DNA of 64,000 nucleotides from a virus: positions 45,723-109,722 of the IMG/VR virus record IMGVR_UViG_3300042731_011319; one strand, given 5' to 3'. Under the pieces are notes generated by a model. That model was not told the origin of the DNA and ran no database searches. It saw only the letters and a program-made list of their open reading frames with translations. Below are positions 47,522 to 55,135 of the stretch, piece after piece (within the stretch, counting starts at the first letter, position 1; each line of letters opens with the position of its first letter). A program made the translations under genes and the position numbers.

Positions 47522-47526
47522 TACAC
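47522..47526 (-). promoter_or_regulatory. GTGTA upstream motif of gmd-fcl
   Basis: AAGTGTA 12 nt before ATG 47509. Confidence 0.65.
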
Positions 47527-47559
47527 TTTGTATTAAAAATTACAATTAATATTTTTTAC

Positions 47560-47587
47560 TTGACATTTTCTTATTATATGTTATAAT
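47560..47587 (+). promoter_or_regulatory. consensus sigma70 promoter P1 of the sigma/ssb unit
   Basis: TTGACA-N16-(TGt)TATAAT. Confidence 0.75.
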
Positions 47588-47655
47588 ATTTTCCTTAAAC
47601 TTTAGTTTAAGGATATTCTTATGTTAATCTTACTATCTATCGTAAACCTCATAAT

Positions 47656-47690
47656 AATGTTGACATAACATATAATATTATGTTAACATT
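47656..47690 (+). promoter_or_regulatory. promoter P2 embedded in a 13-bp imperfect inverted repeat
   Basis: AATGTTGACATAA-N9-TTATGTTAACATT; TTGACA-N18-(TGt)TAACAT. Confidence 0.6.
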
Positions 47691-48312
47691 TAAAAAATTC
47701 AATATGGAAAATTTAAAAAACATGACAGACTTCGAATTGATTTCAGAAGTCAAGGAAACAAGCGCATCCGGAGAGTGCCTGCAGGAATTAGTTGCGAGGC
47801 ATAGTGGTATTTATATGACTATGGTGCATAGCTACTTACCTAATTCTGGCAGCAATGGGCCATCTTATAAGAACGAGTTAATTTCTGACAAGAATTACTT
47901 CATATACAAAGCCGCAATGAAATACGATGAGACTAAAAACACAAAGTTCTCAACCTATCTAGGAAACGAGACAAGATGGATGTGTCTGAATCTATACAAT
48001 AAAAACAAAAACAAAACCATGCGCGAAACAAACTTGGCAACATTATCCCAAAAAGATATAATCACTGAAGATGATATAAAGTTATTAAAAATAAATAAAG
48101 AAATGCTGGATAAAATAATCAATCTAGCTGAAAAATCTAAAGATGAACGAGTTTTAAAGATTCTTAAATTAAGATATATCGAAGCTGAAGGAAATAAAGT
48201 AACACCATGGAAAAAGATTAGCGATGAATTAAATTTAAGTATACAAGGTTGCATTAATATTCACAATAAAGGTATCAAAAAAATACAAAAACAACTTGAA
48301 AAAGAAATATGA
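47680..48312 (+). CDS. phage sigma70-family sigma factor (start probably 47704)
   Basis: TDFELI, LQELVARH, AAMKYDETKNTKFSTY (region 2), region 4 HTH WKKISDELNLSIQGCINIHNKGIKKI. Confidence 0.88.
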   Translation: MLTFKKFNMENLKNMTDFELISEVKETSASGECLQELVARHSGIYMTMVHSYLPNSGSNGPSYKNELISDKNYFIYKAAMKYDETKNTKFSTYLGNETRWMCLNLYNKNKNKTMRETNLATLSQKDIITEDDIKLLKINKEMLDKIINLAEKSKDERVLKILKLRYIEAEGNKVTPWKKISDELNLSIQGCINIHNKGIKKIQKQLEKEI

Positions 48313-48692
48313 TTAATAAATTTATAGGTATAGGTAATCTCACTAAATCTCCCGAACTCAAGGATTTAAATGGCTATAATAAATGTTCGTTCTCGATAGC
48401 AATAAATAGCTCCAAAGAAGAAGTTTTATTTCTGGATGTTGAATGTTGGAATAAGGTTGCAGACAACTGTTCAAAATACCTATCTAAAGGGTCTTGTGTT
48501 TACATAGAAGGTAAAGTTAAGCTAAATAAATGGCAAGACAAGCAAGGATGCCCAAGGCAAAGGTTCTTTATATCAGCTGATATAGTTAGGTTTCTACCTA
48601 ATGGAAAAAAAGAAAATACAGAATTAGTTGAAAACCCCCAACCTTCAGATAATATAAAAGAAATTATTAATCCCGAAGACATGCCTTTTTAA
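48309..48692 (+). CDS. ssb: single-stranded DNA-binding protein
   Basis: NKFIGIGNLTKSPEL, FSIAIN, ECWNK.A, YLSKG..VYIEG, C-terminal DMPF. Confidence 0.93.
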   Translation: MINKFIGIGNLTKSPELKDLNGYNKCSFSIAINSSKEEVLFLDVECWNKVADNCSKYLSKGSCVYIEGKVKLNKWQDKQGCPRQRFFISADIVRFLPNGKKENTELVENPQPSDNIKEIINPEDMPF

Positions 48693-48693
48693 T

Positions 48694-49779
48694 ATGGAGT
48701 ACATTAATTTTTCAGCCCCTATAAATTCATTAAGCTTTGGAAATGTATCACTAAATATGCTGAGAGCTTTTTATCAAATTGATCAAAAAGTCTGCTTCTT
48801 CCCCATTGGTAATAGTATAGAATTAAAAGCATTCGATAAGATTGACGATGATTTTAAGTCTTGGATTCAGGACTGCTATAATAATCGATACATTAATTTA
48901 AATAAAGATAACCCAAGTTTGAAAATGTGGCACCTGAATGGATCAGAGTCAAACATAGGTCCTAATAGTTTTCTGTATACATTCTACGAGTCTGATAATC
49001 CTACAAAGTCAGAACTTAATATTTCATCAGTTCAAAAAAGAACTATATTTAGCAGCTCTCATGCTAAGGAATGTTTTCAAAACAAAGGTGCATCAAATAC
49101 TAATTATATACCTATAGGTTTTGATGAAGATTTTCATGTAACAAATAAAACTTACCTAAAAGATAAAATACTCTTTGGCTTAGTTGGTAAATTTGAAAAA
49201 AGAAAACATACATCTCGTATCCTAAACCTATGGGCGCAAAAATATGGGGACAATCCAGATTATCAATTAACTTGTTGCATCACTAATCCTTTTTTTGAAA
49301 AGGAACAAATGAATACATTAATTAGTCAAGCTTTAGAAGGTAATAGATATAAAAATATCAACTTCTTACCCTATCTAGAAACAAACTCTGAAATGAACGA
49401 ACTTTACAATGCTATAGATATTAACCTAAGTGGATTAAGCGGGGCAGAAGGATGGAACCTTCCTGCATTCAATTCCACCTGCTTAGGTAAATGGTCTATT
49501 GTACTAAATTGCACATCTCATAAAGATTGGGCAAACTCCAGTAATTCAATCTTAGTGGAACCCAACGGAAAAGAAGACATTTACGATGACACTTTTTTTG
49601 TTGAAGGTAGCGAATTCAACCAAGGAAAAGTGAACACATTTAGCGACGAAGATTTCTATACTGCAACTGAAATTGCAATTAAAAAACATAATCAAGAAAA
49701 CAAAGAAGGACTTAAATTACCATCTACTTTTAACTACAAAAATACTATTAACCAAATACTAAAAATTATAAAATCATGA
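48694..49779 (+). CDS. GT4-like glycosyltransferase
   Basis: VGKFEKRK, MNELYNAID, SGAEGWNLP. Confidence 0.8.
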   Translation: MEYINFSAPINSLSFGNVSLNMLRAFYQIDQKVCFFPIGNSIELKAFDKIDDDFKSWIQDCYNNRYINLNKDNPSLKMWHLNGSESNIGPNSFLYTFYESDNPTKSELNISSVQKRTIFSSSHAKECFQNKGASNTNYIPIGFDEDFHVTNKTYLKDKILFGLVGKFEKRKHTSRILNLWAQKYGDNPDYQLTCCITNPFFEKEQMNTLISQALEGNRYKNINFLPYLETNSEMNELYNAIDINLSGLSGAEGWNLPAFNSTCLGKWSIVLNCTSHKDWANSSNSILVEPNGKEDIYDDTFFVEGSEFNQGKVNTFSDEDFYTATEIAIKKHNQENKEGLKLPSTFNYKNTINQILKIIKS

Positions 49780-49967
49780 ATAATATAAGACGTGAAGGAC
49801 CAAATGTTTTACTTTGTTGTGGAAAAGGCAGATGCCCTGCATTATCTAAACTTGAAGAAAAGGATGATCTATACTCTCTAACCGACGATTTTGGAGGAAA
49901 GGTTCATTTAACTAAAGAACAACTTCTAGTAATTCAAGAGGCGGTACAAGAACTTGATAAGTCTTAA
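49776..49967 (+). CDS. small Cys-containing hypothetical protein
   Basis: LCCGKGRCP...TDDFGGKV; overlaps neighbours. Confidence 0.6.
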   Translation: MNNIRREGPNVLLCCGKGRCPALSKLEEKDDLYSLTDDFGGKVHLTKEQLLVIQEAVQELDKS

Positions 49968-50256
49968 TTTAATTGCTGCTATCGGGTTGATGTGGATTCT
50001 GAGATACGGATCCATATTTAATAGCCCCAGAACTTATTTATGCGATAAGTCTAAAATTCTAAATAAACTATTTAATTGTAGTTTATGTTTAGGTTTTTGG
50101 TGTGGATTAATTGTTGGCTTTTTTAATTATTTTTATATACAAGAAAGCTTAGTATATATATTATTTCCTTTTGCTTCATCTGCATGTTGTTGGTTTTTTG
50201 ATTCTTTACTTGATTTAATTCAATTATCTTGTAATTTTTTAGATAAAAAAGATTGA
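49954..50256 (+). CDS. DUF1360-like membrane protein
   Basis: TM, SIFN.PR, LFNCSLCLGFWCG, TM. Confidence 0.65.
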   Translation: MISLNLIAAIGLMWILRYGSIFNSPRTYLCDKSKILNKLFNCSLCLGFWCGLIVGFFNYFYIQESLVYILFPFASSACCWFFDSLLDLIQLSCNFLDKKD

Positions 50257-50280
50257 CATTTTGCGGTAAATTGGTACAAT
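50253..50280 (+). promoter_or_regulatory. sigma70 promoter
   Basis: TTGACA-N16-(TGg)TACAAT-N8-ATG(50289). Confidence 0.65.
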
Positions 50281-50288
50281 CATTAGTT

Positions 50289-50675
50289 ATGCCAATGTAT
50301 TTATTCCAGCACCCATCTACTGAAGAAGTTAAAGAGATTTTTTTTGGCATGAATGATGACAAAAAATATACTGACGACAAAGGTGTTGAATGGAAAAGAA
50401 TATACTCCCTACCTCAGCTCAACACAGAAGGCAGCATAGATCCGTGGAGTAATAATGATTTTGTAAACAAGACGGCCAATATGAAAGGTACAGTGGGAGA
50501 TATGCTAGATAAAAGTAGCGAGCTATCTTCAATGAGGGCAGAAAAAAATGGAGGCATTGACCCACTAAAAAAACAATACTTTAAAAATTACTCTAAAGAA
50601 AGAAAAGGTGCGAAGCATCATTTAGACAAACCCAAAACTTACGAGAGTAAAAATGTAAAAATAGAATTTGATTAA
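50289..50675 (+). CDS. FmdB-like regulatory protein lacking Zn cysteines
   Basis: MPMYLFQHP...EIFFGMND...WKRIYSLP; track start TTG 50253 is the -35 box. Confidence 0.55.
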   Translation: MPMYLFQHPSTEEVKEIFFGMNDDKKYTDDKGVEWKRIYSLPQLNTEGSIDPWSNNDFVNKTANMKGTVGDMLDKSSELSSMRAEKNGGIDPLKKQYFKNYSKERKGAKHHLDKPKTYESKNVKIEFD

Positions 50676-50677
50676 TT

Positions 50678-51232
50678 ATGAGCATACAAATATACAAGCC
50701 AAACAAAAGCAATTCAGGCTGCGGATTCAGCTTCACAATGGGCTACGATAAAAACAGCAAAGAACCAGTTGTTTTCATATCTGCAATCTTGCAACACTCG
50801 TGGGATGCAAAAAACCACAGAGGTACATTTATGGGTAGTAAAGATGACCCGCAAAAAAATATTAGTGTTAAGCTTAATGAGTTTGAATGTGGAGCCATCA
50901 TTTCCTCAATCAAAAGCAGGCATGAATGGAATACATTTCATCAAACTACTGACACTAAAACAACTATTAAATTTAGTCCCTGGGATAAAGAATCATCTAT
51001 CAAGCAATACGATCCTCAATCAAAAGAGTACACGACCAAGAAGCAGATAGTTCCAGCTTTTGGGCTCAGTATATCAAGGAGCAAAGGCAATACATTTAAG
51101 ATGCCACTAGAGCCCGGAGAATTAGAGTGCCTATCCAATTTTCTCAATGTTGTTCTTTCCAGGATTTATGACTACAGAATCAATAAAATAACCCAGAATT
51201 CTTCAAGCGACATCGAACCTTTTGATGACTAA
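50678..51232 (+). CDS. hypothetical protein, possible Whirly/PC4-like ssDNA/RNA-binding fold
   Basis: IYK...FSF...W...KLNEFECGAII...FH...FGLSI...PLEPGELECL. Confidence 0.5.
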   Translation: MSIQIYKPNKSNSGCGFSFTMGYDKNSKEPVVFISAILQHSWDAKNHRGTFMGSKDDPQKNISVKLNEFECGAIISSIKSRHEWNTFHQTTDTKTTIKFSPWDKESSIKQYDPQSKEYTTKKQIVPAFGLSISRSKGNTFKMPLEPGELECLSNFLNVVLSRIYDYRINKITQNSSSDIEPFDD

Positions 51233-53138
51233 AAAAAAGAAAATTTTATTTCATAGTAATTTCTGTAAAGCTTTTACTGGTTTTGGTAAAAATACCAAAA
51301 ATGTTTTAAAGTATTTACACTCTACTGGTAAATATGAAATAATCGAAGCCGCGAATGGTTTCCCCCAATCCCACAAAGGGTTATCAACACTACCATGGAC
51401 ATGCATCGGGACACTGCCAGACAATAAAGCTAAACTTGCAGCTTTACAACGAGACCCCAACTTAGCTAAAGCTGCATCTTATGGTTCCGAAACTATTGAT
51501 GACATAATTAAGGAATATAAACCAGACATATATTTAGGTGCAGAAGATATTTGGGCATTCGATAAATACTGGGAGAAAAAGTGGTGGAACAAAATCAACT
51601 GCATGATCTGGACAACCTTAGACTCTGAGCCCTTACTACCCATGGCTGTAGATGCCGCCAAGCATATAAAAAACTATTTCGTATGGGCTAATTTCGCAGA
51701 GAGAGAGATGAATAAATTAGGGCACAGTCATGTTAAATCATTACACGGCATTGTTGACCCCTCAAATTTTAAAAAACAAGATTCCTCTGAATTAAGAAAA
51801 AAATATTTAATCGATAGTAACTGCTTTATTATAGGTTTTGTCTTCAGGAATCAATTAAGAAAAAGTGTGCCTAATTTACTTGATGGATTTTTAAAGTTTA
51901 AGCAAAAGCACCCCAATGCAAATGCAAAACTTTTACTACATACTCACTGGGATGAAGGCTGGGATATCTTGAGGTTAATGAAAGAGAAAAACATTGATCG
52001 ACTTGATATACTCACCACATATTACTGCAATAAATGTAAAAAATATGAGATCAAACCCTTTTCTGGACAAAAGCAAGATTGCAAATTTTGTGGAAGCGCT
52101 GAAAGTCAAAACACCACTAATGTAAAAGATGGTGTTTCTGAACAGCAGTTAAATGAAATTTACAGCTTAATGGATGTCTACTGCCACCCCTTCACTTCTG
52201 GCGGACAAGAACTACCTATACAGGAAGCAAAATTGTGCGAATTAATTACTTTAGTTACTAACTATAGTTGCGGAGAAGAACAATGCACACCAGAAAGCGG
52301 CGGCCTACCCTTAGAGTGGACAGAGTACAGAGAGCCCGGCACTCAATTTATTAAAGCAAGTACATCTCCTCAAAGTATATGCGATCAACTTTCCTTTGTG
52401 TATGAAATGAAGCCTTCGAAAAGGTCTAAAATAGGAAAAAAATCACGAAAATATATAATAGATAATTATTCCCCGAAGGTTATCGGCTCGAAACTAGAGA
52501 AGATACTTGATGATATGCCTTATCATGACTGGGACTTTGATTTTTCTGAACAAAAAAGAAACCCTGATTATAATCCCCCCAAGATAGAAAGTGATTCCCT
52601 GTGGTTGGTTGATATATATAAAAACATATTAAACATGGATGTGAATCCTGAATCAGATGAAGGTCATAAACACTGGATGGAGAAATTAAACTCAGGTTCC
52701 TCTAGAGCAGAAATACTTAAGTATTTCAAAAAAATAGCCAATGAAGAAAATATAAAAATAGATAACTCATTTGAGTTTGAAGATTTTCTCGGGGATGAAA
52801 AAGCCTCCGAAAGAATTGCGGTTGTAATGCCTGAAAGCGCTGGCGATGTATTAATGATGAATTCATTAATGGATAATCTATTTAAAATTTATCCAGATAA
52901 AAAAATATACTTTTTCACAAAACCTCATTTTTATGATTTAATTGAAGATCATCCTGCTATACACAAAGTGTTACCTTACAATAAATCTTTTGATTTAATA
53001 TTTTCCCTAGAAGGCCAAGGAGAATACAAAGGCTTTTTTGATGTCGCATATTTACCCTACGGTTCTACACAAAAATTTCCAACATATACTCATAACGGTA
53101 AAGATGTTATGCAGATTAATTTTTTTGAAGAAGTATGA
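51222..53138 (+). CDS. GT4 glycosyltransferase with CxxC-CxxC insert, DUF4214-like helices and GT9 N-terminal half
   Basis: TGFG, RNQLRK, CNKC/CKFC, GGQELPIQEAK; IYKNIL...DEGHKHW...SRAEIL; SAGDVLM...IEDHPAIHKV. Confidence 0.82.
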   Translation: MMTKKKKILFHSNFCKAFTGFGKNTKNVLKYLHSTGKYEIIEAANGFPQSHKGLSTLPWTCIGTLPDNKAKLAALQRDPNLAKAASYGSETIDDIIKEYKPDIYLGAEDIWAFDKYWEKKWWNKINCMIWTTLDSEPLLPMAVDAAKHIKNYFVWANFAEREMNKLGHSHVKSLHGIVDPSNFKKQDSSELRKKYLIDSNCFIIGFVFRNQLRKSVPNLLDGFLKFKQKHPNANAKLLLHTHWDEGWDILRLMKEKNIDRLDILTTYYCNKCKKYEIKPFSGQKQDCKFCGSAESQNTTNVKDGVSEQQLNEIYSLMDVYCHPFTSGGQELPIQEAKLCELITLVTNYSCGEEQCTPESGGLPLEWTEYREPGTQFIKASTSPQSICDQLSFVYEMKPSKRSKIGKKSRKYIIDNYSPKVIGSKLEKILDDMPYHDWDFDFSEQKRNPDYNPPKIESDSLWLVDIYKNILNMDVNPESDEGHKHWMEKLNSGSSRAEILKYFKKIANEENIKIDNSFEFEDFLGDEKASERIAVVMPESAGDVLMMNSLMDNLFKIYPDKKIYFFTKPHFYDLIEDHPAIHKVLPYNKSFDLIFSLEGQGEYKGFFDVAYLPYGSTQKFPTYTHNGKDVMQINFFEEV

Positions 53139-54334
53139 GCCATTTAATTGAAGAGTATGCCAAATGCTTAGGCGTAAAAATTACCAAACCCCAGATATCT
53201 TCTCATTTTTTTCCGATCCAATGTGATAAATATATAACGATTCAAAGTACTAATAAATTTCAATCCCGTGATTATAGCCATTGGCATCAAGTAGTTTATT
53301 TATTAAAAAAATATATTAAGGATATATCTATTGTACAAGTTGGAGAAAAATCAAATCCCACTATCAAGGGCATTGATATAGATCTAAGAAGCAAAACTAC
53401 CCTCAAGCAATTAAATTATATAATTGAACACTCGAGCCTTCATGTAGGTATAGACAGCTTATGCGTTCACCTGGCTTCGGCATACGATATTCCTTGTGTT
53501 GGACTTTACTCTAACATGTGGTCATCTAATTCAGGACCCGTCTGGCATAAAAATTCTGACTTCATTTGCATAGACTCAGATAAAGGGGAATCAAGGGCTT
53601 GCTACAGCACAGAAGAAGAGCCCAAGACTATCGATAATATCAAACCAGAAAAAGTTGCATCATCTGTACTTAAATTGTTAAATATAAAAAATAAGCTAGA
53701 TTCATACGAAACCTTGAATATTGGTCATCATTATCATACGAAAATTATCGAGGTGATCCCCGACTTTTTACCCGACGAAGACCTATTTGCTAATAGACTC
53801 ATCAATCTTCGTTGTGACTATCTTCTTGAAGAAGACTCTCTTAAGTACTGGTTGCATCGAAAAGTAAATTTAATGATAAATCAAAAAATAGATTTAAATT
53901 TATTAAATTACTTTAAGAAAAATATTGCTGGCTCAACCATATTTCTTGAGGACGATAATATAGATGTAGAGTATCTAGAATCATTAAACTCAATAGGTGT
54001 TAAATACAACTTAATATGCAAAGATAAAAATAAATTAAATGATTATAGATTTAAGTTTTTTGATTTTGTTGTTAATGAGTATATTGTTAACCAGAAAAAA
54101 GACCTTGACTTTTCTTCTAAGCTATGTCATAATACATACTATCATAGTAATAAACTAATCATATCCAAAAATAAATACTACTCAAGTAAAGCTGCATGGA
54201 AAGCAAATGTTCAAAAATCAAGCAATCCAGAAAAAATAATAGATAATGCAGATTTCTGGGAAGAAGTAGATTATATAAACATCTATAATAATTATGACAA
54301 AAAGCAAAAAAACAACCGAAGTTCAAAAAGTTGA
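53135..54334 (+). CDS. GT9 (heptosyltransferase-like) C-terminal half plus extension
   Basis: HLIEEYA, RDYSHW, VQVG, DLRSKTTL, HVGIDSLCVHLASA.DIP.VGLY. Confidence 0.8.
   Translation: MSHLIEEYAKCLGVKITKPQISSHFFPIQCDKYITIQSTNKFQSRDYSHWHQVVYLLKKYIKDISIVQVGEKSNPTIKGIDIDLRSKTTLKQLNYIIEHSSLHVGIDSLCVHLASAYDIPCVGLYSNMWSSNSGPVWHKNSDFICIDSDKGESRACYSTEEEPKTIDNIKPEKVASSVLKLLNIKNKLDSYETLNIGHHYHTKIIEVIPDFLPDEDLFANRLINLRCDYLLEEDSLKYWLHRKVNLMINQKIDLNLLNYFKKNIAGSTIFLEDDNIDVEYLESLNSIGVKYNLICKDKNKLNDYRFKFFDFVVNEYIVNQKKDLDFSSKLCHNTYYHSNKLIISKNKYYSSKAAWKANVQKSSNPEKIIDNADFWEEVDYINIYNNYDKKQKNNRSSKS
54105..54133 (+). promoter_or_regulatory. gene-internal sigma70-like promoter upstream of 54294
   Basis: TTGACT-N17-(TGt)CATAAT. 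Confidence 0.5.
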
Positions 54335-55100
54335 CAATTCATCTGGTCCATCACTTTTCAATCGTGATGAAAATGGGTTGCTCACTAATGTTCAATATAC
54401 TTTTAATGAAGATGGCTCAATTAACTGGAGAGCCATGGTAAAAGAAGAACACCTATTTCCAAACAGAAGTTGGTTTCAAATGAGAGGAAAAGATACACCT
54501 AGATCTATAGAGGGGTTAGCTGACCACCAACTTTTGATAAAACTTAGTGGCATTAAAGAATTAGCTAAACTTAGAGGATTTTCTGATGTTAGTTATGAAA
54601 CCGTTAAGTGTGAAATAGATCATGTGGCTGTAGTTTGCAAGATGACCTTTCTATCTAACTACGAGACATTTGGCAGTCCTGTCATTTTTCAAGATATGGC
54701 TAATGCTACGCTTGATAATACTAGCAGCTTTGCTACTAAATTTCTTGAAACTATTGCATGCAATAGAGCTTTCGTTCGCTGCGTTAGAAACTTCTTACAA
54801 ATTCATATTGTTGGAGATGACGAAATTGATAAATCAGACTCATCATCACCTAACTATAGCCCAACAAAATCAAAACCTGGAGTTAATCCGTTAAGTCCAA
54901 CTAGCCTATTAAAACAGGCTGCGGAAGAATCTCTATCATGTTCAAGCTTTGAGGAATTTAGAAGTAAATACATAAAGTCTTGGTGGCAAGAAAAAACAGA
55001 TGGAATATATCAAAATGAATCTATCAAGAATGCAGAATCATGGGAAGATATACCAGGCAAAGAGACAAGAATAATTCTTGGTTTAATAAAAAGTTTATAA
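54294..55100 (+). CDS. hypothetical protein, possible Rad52/Red-beta-like single-strand annealing protein
   Basis: LIKLSGIKELA...VAVVCK...ANAT...LETIACNRAFVRCVRNFLQI, followed by an S/P-rich linker. Confidence 0.55.
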   Translation: MTKSKKTTEVQKVDNSSGPSLFNRDENGLLTNVQYTFNEDGSINWRAMVKEEHLFPNRSWFQMRGKDTPRSIEGLADHQLLIKLSGIKELAKLRGFSDVSYETVKCEIDHVAVVCKMTFLSNYETFGSPVIFQDMANATLDNTSSFATKFLETIACNRAFVRCVRNFLQIHIVGDDEIDKSDSSSPNYSPTKSKPGVNPLSPTSLLKQAAEESLSCSSFEEFRSKYIKSWWQEKTDGIYQNESIKNAESWEDIPGKETRIILGLIKSL

Positions 55101-55135
55101 AGTTTTTTTATAATACAACACTAAATAATTTAGTA

